A stretch of DNA of 63,494 nucleotides, the filler included, from Craspedostauros australis (taxonomy: Eukaryota): the NCBI GenBank assembly GCA_030167865.1. It is 8 parts of 8 records of this genome, joined end to end, with 100 filler letters (N's around TTAATTAATTAA, not from the genome) between each part and the next. Parts side by side here need not be neighbours in the genome. Positions count along the whole stretch, not along the records: positions 6,199 to 14,142 come from JALAGF010005329.1; positions 14,243 to 37,609 come from JALAGF010005332.1; 6 more parts are not named here. One strand, 5' to 3'. Shown here one piece after another: positions 10,965-22,985 of this stretch. Made by a program: the position numbers and the translations under genes. Each line of letters starts with the position of its first letter. Positions within the stretch are counted from its first letter, which is position 1. A model generated the notes under the pieces. The model saw only the letters and a list, made by a program, of their open reading frames with translations. It searched no databases and was not told where the DNA came from.

Positions 10965-12877
10965 TCAGGAACGTCCTTGCTGGTTGCGGCGGGTAGCCAT
11001 GCTGCCGATTCCAGCCTGGTTGTTGGTACCGGACGGACTACCGCCTGGGGTGGTAGCATCGGTTGGCCCGTAATGGCCAGCTGTCTCTTCATGAGATCGT
11101 TTCGATGGTGTGTTTCTGCCCACCGACATGACCCCACGGCGCTTGTCTCGTTCAGCACGCATCTCAAGTGCTTTGGTCTTCTGTGCGGATGACATGACCG
11201 ACCATTCGTCGGGTGAGTAATGGCGATCGGTGATAACCATGTTCGGATCGTATTTCTTGGGCTTGCCTTGACCTCCGCGACCACCCTTGCTTGGTGTTCC
11301 GTTGCGATTGCCACGACCGCCTTTGCCACGGTCCATCGAGCCAATGGAACGTCTGGGTGACGCGATTTGCTTATGGTCAATGACTTCGCTCAAGACATTG
11401 ATAGCCCCGGGTAAGTCTTCACGAAGGGCTTCGTTGATCTTGATGGCAACACATGCACTGTCAAGACGAGAGTCACGGATACCATCGAGGAAGTGGCGCA
11501 CTTTCGCCGCGTTCACAAGTGGTTCACCGCATCGTGCCATGTCTTCGAATGCGCCTTTCATGATCTGTGCGTATCGTTCAAAAGTGAATTGACGCGATTT
11601 GCCATCATAGAAGCTCGTTGCAATTGTCTTGGATGCTGCTGCCTTGGTACGAGCCTGAAACGAGTCACCATGATAATGCTCCTTGAGTGCGATGAACGCT
11701 GCACGACCATTGCGTGCGCGCTCGAAGCCTTGGACCCAAGCCCATGCGGGTCCGCCATGTGTAACATGACGAACCACCTGCCATACTTTCGCATTGTCAG
11801 CGTTGTAGCGGATGCCTTCATGGATTGCACGATCGATCAGCTCCTCCTTCATGGTGGGTACACCAAATCCGTCGTTGATGGCCGGTGTGCGGTCTTCGGG
11901 TTTGCGTGAATCCTCACGGATCACATAGGAAAGTGGAGTGTCGAGTGCACCATGTGTGTTCTCCAAGTAGTTCTGAATGTCTTCGAGGCTGTCACGGACA
12001 CGGTCCACTTTGACCAGCCGTTCTGGCATGTCCATCTCGGTTTCCTCCTTGATGCGTTGTTCTTCGAGAAAGAGCTCCCACAGCGCAACGAGGCGGTCCA
12101 TGGGCGCCTCTGCTGCCGTGAAGGGGCGTTGAATACGTTGGAAGTGGAATCGTGCATAGCGAAGTTGGCGCAGCTTCGTTTCATGAACCCAACCAACGCT
12201 GATGCCTGGATCCTTGATTTGCGGTGGTATGTTGCCCTTGGCGCCTGCCTTGTATGCGGGGTTTTCAATGAACCCGCTNNNNNNNNNNNNNNNNNNNNNN
12301 NNNNNNNNNNNNNNNNNNNNNNNNNNNNATCCTCACGGATCACATAGGAAAGTGGAGTGTCGAGTGCACCATGTGTGTTCTCCAAGTAGTTCTGAATGTC
12401 TTCGAGGCTGTCACGGACACGGTCCACTTTGACCAGCCGTTCTGGCATGTCCATCTCGGTTTCCTCCTTGATGCGTTGTTCTTCGAGAAAGAGCTCCCAC
12501 AGCGCAACGAGGCGATCCATGGGCGCCTCTGCTGCTGTGAAGGGGCGTTGAATACGTTGGAAGTGGAATCGTGCATAGCGAAGTTGGCGCAGCTTCGTTT
12601 CATGAACCCAACTAACGCTGATGCCTGGATCCTTGATTTGCGGTGGTATGTTGCCCTTGGCGCCTGCCTTGTATGCGGGGTTTTCAATGAACCCGCTACC
12701 GTCACAGATGCGCTTGCACAGGGCAGTAACGCCTTTGTCTGTAATGGAGAGAAAATCATCGAATTTGGTCAAGCCTTGATCCTCCAAAGCGTCGACGATG
12801 TCATCATCGGGAAAGCTGAGTACGTTCTTGCAGTAGTCACGTATCTCATTGGCGTTGGGATTTGCAGCGGCCGCCAT
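10965..12877 (-). CDS. Gag of element B (no CCHC knuckle; contains an assembly-duplicated segment around the 12279-12328 gap)
   Basis: Starts MAAAANPN at 12877; PLSYVIRE, NGRAAFIALKEHY, YDGKSRQFTFERY, KVRHFLDGI, YSPDEW motifs of diatom copia Gag; ends at TGA 10965-10967. Confidence 0.85.
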
Positions 12878-14084
12878 ATTGCTGATGTTCGTGTATGATG
12901 TTGTTGATGAGGATGAGAGAGAAGTAGTGAAGGGAGAGAGAGATTGTGTTGTCAAGAAAATCACACTGGGACATGGTGTGTTTTCGACGTGAAAAAGTGT
13001 TTCAACGTGTGTTTTCGTGGTGTCAACCCGCGATGAGAAACACAGACCGGGCAACAAGGCACGCGATCTTTTCGCTGATAGCAGCGTGTGTCTCAGTAGG
13101 GATTTCCGTGTAACCTACGGTCGGTGCGTCCACCGGTGTCATCCAGACCTCGCAATGCGAACGGTAGGATTACATCCCGTTGACGCCGGTCACTTTGCGT
13201 CAACACACCATGGTCAAAGAGGATGCAGCACAGTACAAGCAGTGCCGGCTTGGTGACGGTCCACCCTCGGAGCGGGGTTCCAGTATTATCGTCGCCTCTT
13301 CAGGCGGTCCCTGCACGCTCGCACATGCNNNNNNNNNNNNNNNNNNNNNNNNNNNNNNNNNNNNNNNNNNNNNNNNNNGCCCTTGGCGCCTGCCTTGTAT
13401 GCGGGGTTTTCAATGAACCCGCTACCGTCACAGATGCGCTTGCACAGGGCAGTAACGCCTTTATCTGTGATGGAGAGGAAATCATCGAATTTGGTCAAGC
13501 CTTGATCCTCCAAAGCATCGACGATGTCATCATCGGGAAAGCTGAGTACGTTCTTGCAATAGTCACGTATCTCGTTGACGTTGGGATTTGCAGCGGCTGC
13601 CATGGTGTTAATGTTCGTGTATGATGTTGTTGATGAGGATGAGAGGGAAGTAGTGAAGGGAGAGAGAGATTGTGTTGTCAAGAAAATCACACTGGGACAT
13701 GGTGTGTTTTCGACGTGAAAAAGTGTTTCAACGTGTGTTTTCGCGGTGTCAATCCGCGATGAGAAGCACAGACCGGGCAACAAGGCACACGGTCTTTTCG
13801 CTGATGACAGCGTGTGTCTCAGTAGGAATTTCCGTGTGACCTACGGTCGGTGCGTCCACCAGTGTCATCAACACCTCGCAATGCGAACGGTGAGATTGCA
13901 TCCCGCTGATGCCGGTCACTNTGCATCAGCACACCATGGTCAAAGAGGATGCAGCACAGTACAAGCAGTGCCGGCTTGGTGACGGTCCACCCTCGGAGCG
14001 GGGTTCCAGTATTATCGTCGCCTCTTCAGGCGGTCCCTGCACGCTCGCACATGCTCGGATGAGCGGATGAGAATGATAAACCAA

Positions 14085-14142
14085 GTTACGACACACGTGA
14101 AACTGATTTAGAGTGAAAAAGAGTAAAGATGCAGATTATGAG
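14085..14142 (-). repeat. Visible end of the 5' LTR of element B
   Basis: Repeat of 6706-6763; followed on the minus strand by TTGGTTTATC and the gag leader. Confidence 0.85.
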
Positions 14143-14243
14143 NNNNNNNNNNNNNNNNNNNNNNNNNNNNNNNNNNNNNNNNNNNNTTAATTAATTAANN
14201 NNNNNNNNNNNNNNNNNNNNNNNNNNNNNNNNNNNNNNNNNNG

Positions 14244-14408
14244 CCTGATTGGTACGCTTCTCCAGAGGGCGAATCGCTGCATCGATCAGCATTTCAACAC
14301 ACCGCGTATCGCAAACGTGAGTTTTGCGAAGTGGACTTGGACCGACTCTTTGAGAATGTCACATCCTGGAATGGTCTGTTGCGAAACCTCAATCGGACCT
14401 GGGATTGA
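14244..14408 (+). CDS. 3' end of an unidentified protein (PDWYASPEGESLH...FCEVDLDRLF...W)
   Basis: Open frame from the contig edge to TGA with protein-like composition. Confidence 0.45.
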   Translation, partial: PDWYASPEGESLHRSAFQHTAYRKREFCEVDLDRLFENVTSWNGLLRNLNRTWD

Positions 14409-14966
14409 GGAGAGGCTGCAAGATCCTGCAATTGCTATCCGCGCGCAAGGTCGCAACCAGCAACGATGGGCTTCTGCGCTTTTGTGGGTTCCGACATGCC
14501 ATTGCATGTCAATAGAGTAGAGTACATACCCATGCATTGTAAATGAATCAATTTGATGAACATGGAAATGAGTTTTGTCAAGCACATGATACAGTACAGT
14601 GTTAGGATGTACGGAAGGCACCATACTGTCGAGAGTAAACACTCTGTTTTATTTGCAGAGATAATAGGTTGGAAATGAGATGGCTTTCCTTTTCGAAATC
14701 ACGAGATTACTGGTACAGTCGTGCGTAGATACTCCACGGTCTCGACTCGAGACTGTAGACTTCAGTTGGTTGCATGTACATACGGACAGACGATTGCAGT
14801 GTTGGACACCGATGTGAACTCGGGATTGTCGCACGACTGAGAACACATTGGAATTCGATCGAAGAACACATCGAGAAATTCTCCGAAAATCGATCAGGGA
14901 TGTCACAACTTGTGACAGAAACACAAAACCTCTTCTGTGACAGAATCATCTCAAAAAATGCAACAA

Positions 14967-15058
14967 GCAACAACTCACAAGCAACAACTCACAAGCAACA
15001 ACTCACAAGCAACAACTCACAAGCAACAACACACAAACAATAACTCACAAGCAACAAC
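14967..15058 (+). repeat. 14-bp tandem repeat GCAACAACTCACAA, about 6.5 copies
   Basis: Four perfect units, two variant units and a partial unit just upstream of ATG 15072. Confidence 0.95.
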
Positions 15059-15071
15059 GAAGGACACGACA

Positions 15072-16001
15072 ATGATATTCTCACTTTCACCATTCGATAC
15101 CTACGACGGCGAGTACGAGCCGTACTTTCGCCGCAGCCATCCGCAACACTATACGACTACGAACGCCGATGAGATGTACAATCGGAGACACGCGGCCGCT
15201 GCTGCTCGCAGAGAATCGCAACGACGGGCGGAGATCGAAGACTACTACCGCCACAAGCAGATGGAAGAGATGCAGGAAGCCATGCGGCAGCGCCGCCGCC
15301 AGGAATATGAGCACTACGTCGCAGAACGTCAACGTCAACGAGAACACGAACGCATGGTGGCAGAGCGTCGTCGCCAGGCTGAGATGGAAGCAGCCATGAG
15401 GCAGCGACGCCGTCAGCAGTTCAATTCATGGTTTGCTGACCATGACGATGAGAGTTCCGGCGATGAATCAAGCAGCCAACGCCACTCTACGATTGCCAAC
15501 CGCCATCGTCGCCGCAGCCAGCAACGACAGCAGCAACAGCAGCAACAGCAGCAACAACATGATCATGAGGAGGAGGAGGAGGAGGAGGCAGAACAACCAT
15601 CCTACCAATTGGTCCGTGGTCTTGACGGACGAATCTACAAAATCCCAGTCCAACGCGTGACCTCAAAAGAGAAGCGATCATCCATCCATGAGGACCGCCG
15701 CTCGGGGCCATCCAATCCGTCCCCAGCACGTGCGAAGCCCATCGATTTCTCAGAGACCGATACTGAAACGAAAGCCCACCGCCGCCATGCTGATCCCCAA
15801 GATGCTGCGCCAAGCATCGAGGGACACCAAAAGGACGCAGTAAAGCGAAACAGCAAGCACAAAAAGAACAAGAAGAAGCTCGTCACTGTGATTGTGGAGG
15901 ACGCCTCCGACAGCGAATCCGAGGATGACATCAGAAACTCGGTATGGCGCAATCGCAGACCCTCTCCAGGACAATGGATGGAACCGGTCGAGGGGTTCTA
16001 A
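15072..16001 (+). CDS. Hypothetical hydrophilic coiled-coil protein
   Basis: 309-aa ORF with R/E/Q-rich helical region, poly-Q/E, motifs YQLVRGLDGRIYKIP and C-terminal IVEDASDSE...VWRNRRPSPGQWMEPV. Confidence 0.8.
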   Translation: MIFSLSPFDTYDGEYEPYFRRSHPQHYTTTNADEMYNRRHAAAAARRESQRRAEIEDYYRHKQMEEMQEAMRQRRRQEYEHYVAERQRQREHERMVAERRRQAEMEAAMRQRRRQQFNSWFADHDDESSGDESSSQRHSTIANRHRRRSQQRQQQQQQQQQQHDHEEEEEEEAEQPSYQLVRGLDGRIYKIPVQRVTSKEKRSSIHEDRRSGPSNPSPARAKPIDFSETDTETKAHRRHADPQDAAPSIEGHQKDAVKRNSKHKKNKKKLVTVIVEDASDSESEDDIRNSVWRNRRPSPGQWMEPVEGF

Positions 16002-16674
16002 TCAAGCAGCATCTATGATCGTCGACATTCTCCAAAGTAGTGGACGGATTATCCTGCTCCAAATGCGGCAACCATCTTCGGCAGCTTTCTGCTGAGTCCG
16101 GAATGGAAGATGATGGTGCCCTTGCAGGAATGAAATACTCCAACGTAAACACAAATAGAATCAGTGTTTGAATCTAGAGAGAGAGTGTGTGTGTGTGGCT
16201 CAACGTATCGTATAGTACATACCACATCTTGATGTACTATTGGGCTCATTGCACGAGTATGTGACTGTCTTGGAACGATGAAGGTATGTCCCTCTTTCGT
16301 ACGACTCGTCGAACCTGCCTTCTATTATGATTCGTGTGACGCAACGTGTGATAGTAACATCGTTGTGACGACCACGAATCAATTTCGTTGATGTGTTTCT
16401 GATTGGTCTGCGTCAGCAAAGATACTTCTGTCATCCCTCATTGGCATCATGCCAATCAACCCCGAAGATCTGCTTCAGCAGGACGAACACGAGCCAACAC
16501 TCGAACCCACAACCACAACCACAACACCGACACGACCGTGCCGGATGACAGTAGGAGACATCGCTCTCGATCTTCAATTCCCAACCTGTTACCTCCAAAG
16601 ATCAACAACAACAACATCCACGACAGGAGTAAAGAAGAATCAAACACCACAGCGGACTTGTATTCGAACCAACG

Positions 16675-17586
16675 ATGATGCGAATAACGTTGCTCTCTCT
16701 TCTGGCCATCGCGACTTGGATCGATGTATGTGATGGGCTTCATCTTGGTACGCATCAGACAACTCCACTTCCGTCATCGTTCTCACCATCGTCGGCACAG
16801 CATCCATCATCACCGAGAGTGTCGCAGCCATCGCCAGCATCATCGGAGAACAGCAGAAGATCTTTCTTGCAGCGCACACCAGCTACTATCGCATCATGCA
16901 TTGCCAGTACCATGCTGATATCATCGCCATCGCCTTCCCATGCCATAACCGCGCCTGTGGATACGACATCGCGCATGGTGGATGTTGGTGGTGGCTTCGA
17001 TCTGCGATCCGGCAAGCAGCTCAAGACGACCGACGCAGTATTTCCAAAATCGATGGAAGGAACATGGAATTGCGAACGTGTGGTCGTGTCATCGGAGGGA
17101 GATGGTTTCCAAGCCGAATCAGCGTGGAAGGCACTTGGCGGAGGAAGTAGGAATAATGGCAAGCTCAAGGCGCCCGAACAGTACCAAGTCAAGTTCATCC
17201 CATCCGCACAAATCGGCGACGTCGAAGGTGTTGTGATGGATCGAGCATTCGAGATACAATCTCGGGCAGGCGCGACCAAGATCTTCTGGGGCACGGATTC
17301 CCCAAACGTGTTGCGTTACGATGGGAGGATGATCACCGACGTGCAAAGATCTGTGGAGCTTCCGAGTGACAAGGGGTTTGGTTCCGCCGAGTTGTTTCTG
17401 ATTGAGGAAGGTCTGTTCGAACGCGCCGCGCAAGTCAAACGCAGATTCCGAAGGGGATATGATGATGGCGGCAATCGAATTGTGGAGGGCTTGGAGATCA
17501 TGAAGACGTACCGTGTTTTGGATGGTGTTGCTGGGACGGAGATGCCGACATCCACAACCAAGTCGATGATCCGATTGACTCGGTAA
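16675..17586 (+). CDS. Plastid, probably thylakoid-lumen, protein (DUF6816-like)
   Basis: Signal peptide, Ser/Pro-rich transit region, twin-arginine SRRSFL, hydrophobic stretch and SHA cleavage site; globular part with PKSMEGTW and VVMDRAFE. Confidence 0.75.
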   Translation: MMRITLLSLLAIATWIDVCDGLHLGTHQTTPLPSSFSPSSAQHPSSPRVSQPSPASSENSRRSFLQRTPATIASCIASTMLISSPSPSHAITAPVDTTSRMVDVGGGFDLRSGKQLKTTDAVFPKSMEGTWNCERVVVSSEGDGFQAESAWKALGGGSRNNGKLKAPEQYQVKFIPSAQIGDVEGVVMDRAFEIQSRAGATKIFWGTDSPNVLRYDGRMITDVQRSVELPSDKGFGSAELFLIEEGLFERAAQVKRRFRRGYDDGGNRIVEGLEIMKTYRVLDGVAGTEMPTSTTKSMIRLTR

Positions 17587-17842
17587 TCGCCATGATCAGT
17601 GGAGAGACAGCGTAAAACAATAGCAATTTCGAAGGACTCTTCCTCACGCTGCAAGCATTGTCGTTGCACTCTACATCTGTCAAGCTCGTGCAACTACTCT
17701 CTAGAGCTCCCTATGAATGGAAATACTCTGCATCGTCGCTGCCGCACTTGCAGGAATGGCAGAATAATGGGGCAGAATACCTTCGTCACATGAGTAAATC
17801 GAATTTCAATCAAGAATGGCACCACATGGAGAGATACGTAAG

Positions 17843-19592
17843 CTACCGCAGCGCCTCGGTTATGACATCGCGATTCGGAGCACCCCACACATCGTCTACC
17901 TTCAGATCGCCGCCGCCGCTTACTTCCTTCGTGTGCGCTCCGACGCTGGCCAACGACAGAACGGAGACGGCACTTTCGCCGCCCGCGATGGCTTCTTCCG
18001 GAAATTGGACCCCGGCCTGCACGTGACCGGCGAGGACTGCGCAGCAAAACGCGACCACACATTCACCGACGCAGGGTTCCAGATTCTCATGCGCGTAGAG
18101 GGCCGTAGCTCGGATGGATGAATCCGAATCGCACGTGACATCGCATCGCATGGCGTTGGTGGCGCCGGCAAAATAATCGACGACACGGACGATCGGCAGC
18201 GAGAAGACTGCGAGCTTGGTCATGATCTGTTCGTTGGCAAGCAAGGATGATGGCAGCTGCGCCATGGCGCCGAGCAACGTGTTCCAGAATCCNNNNNNNN
18301 NNNNNNNNNNNNNNNNNNNNNNNNNNNNNNNNNNNNNNNNNNNNNNNNNNNNNNNNNNNNNNNNNNNNNNNNNNNNNNNNNNNNNNNNNNNNNNNNNNNN
18401 NNNNNNNNNNNNNNNNNNNNNNNNNNGAACAATCCAAGAATTTGCAGCGAAGCAGCGCAGAAGTCAGAGGATGAGTGTATGATTGTGATGCGGATGGATA
18501 TAATGGTTGCATACCTGTGTCATTGACCAGTACAAAGTGCTCAGTCAGGATTGGGCAACAAGGAGCAGCATGAAACGGAGATACGACGGTCTCTCCACAG
18601 ATCTCCTCGTCCACCTCATCTCCCCCGAATAGAACCATGCCGATCACTCACACGGACGCGCTCTCCAATAGATTCAAAGGGGCGATCGGCTTGTCCCCCA
18701 CGATGGAACCGAAATTGACCGTCACGTAGTCCTTCATCGCCGCGACTGGAATGCGGCGACCCTTGACGACCGTCAACGCTTCTTCCGCCAGAATGAGGAA
18801 CGTCGCCACGAGCAGGGTTGCTCCGGCACCGCCCGATCCCGCTGTAAAGAACCCGAAATCGACATTGAGATCGGCTGGCTTGAGGTTCTTGTTTTGCTGC
18901 AGGACTTGCCGCACGAGCTGCTTGGCCATGAGACTGGATATGCCTGGCCAGCATCCGGTGCTGATGATGCAAGGGACGTTGGATTCGATGGCCTTGGCAT
19001 TGTACTTCGCCTTGGCGGCAGAGCCTGTGCAGTAGTCATCGCAGACGTCGATGTAAGCAACGCCGTTGGACACGCAGGCCGCGATGACACCGTTGGGTGT
19101 CTTGACCTTGCCTTGGAAGGGACCGGCCGTGTGGACGCACATATCGTAGCTGCCCCGCTCCAGCACCGATGCGACGGATTGCTCCTCCTCGCGGTCCAGA
19201 GCCTGGAATTGCACATCGTCCACCGGTAGATTGGGGAAGCTGGTGTGCCAGCGTTGCTGCGCCGCGAGGAAGGAATCGACGCTGGTGCCACCCACGGTGA
19301 CCGCCGATCCTCGCTTCAGCAGCTGCGTCACGACGCTTCCGCCCACGCGTCCCGATCCACCGACCACCAGGACATTCTTTCCGTCCAGCGCATCAAATGA
19401 GATCTCTTGCTTGGCTGCCAGGCGCAACGAAGGAAGTCTCCGAGCGGCGCAAGCACCTGCACCCCCATGAGTCTCGTGACCTGTTTTCGAAGCTGACGAA
19501 GGCCATGAAGGCAATGAAGGAACAAACGCAATGCTTGTTGAAAGACAGCATGCGAACGCATAGCACGCGACGAGGCAATGCGATCTGATCAT
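17843..19592 (-). CDS. Plastid-targeted saccharopine-dehydrogenase-like NAD(P)-binding oxidoreductase (at least two exons: 19592-18652 and N gap-17843)
   Basis: Signal peptide ending SIA-FVP; Rossmann VLVVGGSGRVG; HTAGPFQG; YIDVCDD; GCWPGISSL; GTGAGT donor at 18651; C-terminal GVQFPEEA. Confidence 0.85.
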
Positions 19593-20309
19593 CGTCGAGC
19601 AAGGGAGTTGTATGATGTTTACTCTCGAGAAGAGTGTTGTGTTTGGGCATCGTGGGTCGAAGTTCGCGCAAGGTGTATTGCCGTCTTCTCGAGGGGGAAT
19701 CTGAGCGAACGCAGATGGCGAACATTTCTGAGTCAAGGATACGCACGCACGTGACAAAGCGGAGTCGCGATCGGGCTAGTTGCAGAGTTTTGGCCCCTTG
19801 TTGCCACTGGTTTGCTTGCTTTTGGGGTAAACGGTGATTTAATATTTACATCTGTTTTGTGTTTTGTCTCACTGATCCGTCTTCTACGTCAAAGGGAACG
19901 GATTCCACGTCATGCAAAACGAGTCACGACAGAGGAAGAGACATCGTGTGGTTCTTCCTCTACAAGACAACATGATGACTGCGCACAGCAACACCAGAAT
20001 GCACCAGGCCATGACAGCCAACAACAGTCCGCGTTGACCAATCTCACAATGGAAACCAACAAAATCCAATCGTCTCGGAATCCGACGAAGGGCATTGACG
20101 ATCTGTCCGACGCAGATGAAACAGCAGCAGCACAAGCCGCAACTGCTGATGCCAATGCTGACAATCCCAAGCGCGAAGACTCGTCCTTTCTCACCATCCA
20201 TCCCAACAACATCAATATTGTCAACCATGATGACCTGGATAACGATGCTGCAAACAACTGCGAACTGCCAGAGGAGATGGATGCCGACAGCATCCGAGAA
20301 TCAACCTTC

Positions 20310-20655
20310 GCCAGCATGTTCCTTGGTTCCGCGAACTACACCACCAACCATCGCAACACCCTGGCTGTATTCCACATTCCAGGCGATTTTGGGCAACGAC
20401 GCCATCAAGTCCATGGAAGTGGCGGATGAACTCCGATATGTTGATCGGGCGCACTTCGTCCCACAAAGCCAACTTCGAACGGCCCACAGCCGTCAGCCCA
20501 TTCAAGATGGCTACGTCCACGTCTCAGCCCTGCACATGTGCGGCTTCACCAGGGAGCTTCTCGACCTTCGTCCCAACACTTCGCCCAAGGTACCCAATGC
20601 AAGTTTGGGAACCGGATACCTGATGTGTCTCATTGCATCATCAAGATCAGCCTGA
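20310..20655 (+). pseudogene. Degenerate protein-L-isoaspartate O-methyltransferase (PIMT/PCMTD)-like fragment
   Basis: VDRAHFVP, HVSALHM (cf. SAPHM), NASLGTGYL (cf. DIGSGTGYL); frameshift relative to the upstream frame and early stop. Confidence 0.7.
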
Positions 20656-22985
20656 CTATGGAATCAATCAACTCGAATCGCGTTTCAGACATGTTTGAAG
20701 CTAGCATATTTCGAGGTCGATTAATACATGAGTGCAGGAAGATATGTGCTGTGTTGGTGGAGCCTGCAACTTACATGCACAAGATAGGCTGATCACGACG
20801 CCCATCAGAAACACAAGGACAACACAGAGAGGACAGTCGCAAGCTGCCTTGTACCATCCAGTCTTTCCTTTGTGGAGGGTCACAGCCATTCCACATTGTT
20901 GTACAAGCTAAAACTACAAGCAGCAGAGAATCAACAGCAGCTCGTCCCAGATGCGCAGTGTTTCCGTTGTTCACTTTGTGAGGAGAATTTGTTGTGGTTG
21001 TGGAATGGATTCGCAATTCGGGACTCACCAAGTGTTCCCATTGTTGGGAGCATTTAGTAGATTTGTGGTTAATCTACATGGCCCCCAACAGCAAAAACTG
21101 GTTGAGAACACCAAACACAACACGACAACATGACAATGGAGAAACACAACAAAACTCCTCAAGCGCCGTCGAACGGCATCATCGGCACTGCGACAACCGG
21201 CGGTCCAGTGCAAGATCTGAGCGAATAGGCGGAACCGCCATGAAAATTTTGGTGGATGAGCGAGAGAGGTCTGTCGGAGTGGTTCATTTGGGGCCGTGGC
21301 AGGCCCACGCGCAAACGACACGATTCGGAGGAACATCTGCTCATTGGATATGGTCTCTGCCTGGAATGCACAGGCCATCCCAACGACCATGGATAGGCAA
21401 GACGCATCCAAGAGGATACGATGAAGATGTACACGAAGTTTGAGGGTCGGGGGTGGCCTGGAAGGTGCCCTCCGCAAGAAACAAGTGGAGGGCAAGAGTT
21501 TTTGGTGGGTGGCGGCGGACACATCACGTGACTTCGCTGGTGATGGGTGCCATTCACAAGTCACCCAAATCGCCAAGCCACCATACGAGATGTGTTCGGA
21601 ATCAACTCAAGATGGCCAGGGCGGAGCCTTCTCCACGGATACGGTCTGGAAGAGGCTGCAGCCTGGGATGCACACAAAATGGTTTTTTTGGGGGTGTCAG
21701 AAAGACAACATGGTGGCATCATCACATGGAGATGTACCTTTGGAGGTATGAACTCCCCACCCATTCTGAACACAGCAGTGTGTCACTAGAGAATGTGGGA
21801 ACGCATGAGGGTCATGTGGAGGAGCTGCAAGGATCGTATCGACGAGATACGGATCCAAATACGAATGGCATCCGCATCAAAATCGGGTTTTCAAAATTTC
21901 TGCTTTGCAGTGCAGGGAGACTTTGGAGTATGAGATGTGGCTATGCGTGGAGAAGCTTCATGGGGTGGATATATGGGGGGATATATGGAGCCAATGTGAT
22001 GCGCAAATTGAGAGAATGCCAGGATGATGATGATGATCATGGGCGCTGGAGGGAGGGCAGCATGGTGGCATCCAGATTTTTTTGGCATCCACCACCTGAC
22101 AAACAGCAAGCCAAAACAATGTTAAAAATAAATTTCATACAAGTTTAACTTCGATATTCAGAACCACTGATAGGCACGCGTCCGAATTCACTGTTTATTT
22201 TAAATTTTAAATGATGTGTTGTTGAGATATAACATCATAAGCAGTTATTTGGATGGTTTTGGTTGTGCTCTATTTCAGTCTACTTTAACACGAGTCATTG
22301 CCCGCAAAACTCCACAAAACTCCACAACTAGTGTTATCGCGAGTGCATCAACTGCGATCTGCACTTCGCATCATTGTATTGCATCACATAATACAACGGC
22401 ATGCTACGCTATTGTAGTTGTATGCTATTTAGTACTCCATCGGGATCACACAGCTCCCAAAGGATACAGCAGCACCTGCATCCAGTGCTGTGCACGACGA
22501 TGTACCATACGAGTAGCGCACTGCCGCTGTGTTCCTATTAGAGTAGAGTACTTCTGTACGTCGTGTGTATGGTACCACATCCCATCTCTGAGTGTAGACA
22601 GTGCGAAGTGGGTCGCGTGGTATGGTTTGGGCAGCCGTGATCAAGCCGCCAATACTCGTACAATCGAGGCGATGAGATTGCAAAGTGACAGACCAAGTGG
22701 AGCCAGATAGCCTGGCATTCCGCGTCCACTGCATCTCAGTTCATTGCATGCTGCTTGTAGTTGCCCCCCTTGGGGATCGCCTTGTGATGGAGAAGAATAG
22801 TCATACTCGTATTGTGGGGTACCCACATCACTTGATGGAGAGCTCAAACAGAAACCAAGAAGTGAGCATGTCGATTCCATTGGAGTCATTCACTTCATCC
22901 TTTCCTTTTGTCGTTCGTTTGAGGGAGGCAGACCATGCTCCGTCAACATCGACCAACTCATTCACCCATCAATCCATGCGTTGAG

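Larger units (their letters stand above)
6706..14142 (-). mobile_element. Ty1/copia LTR retrotransposon B (CoDi-I-like, chromodomain-like module)
   Basis: Direct terminal repeats GTTACGACACACGTGAAACTG... at 6706 and 14085 flank gag and a long intact pol. Confidence 0.93.

Noticed and set aside
11910..14054. Duplicated gag and leader segments (11910-12278/12329-12697; 12653-13328/13379-14054)
   Set aside because: Each pair flanks a short N gap and differs by a few SNPs: collapsed paralogous or allelic copies rather than a real double gag
22220..22948. Possible solo LTR (TGTTGA...TCAACA)
   Set aside because: No target-site duplication and no second copy in the window
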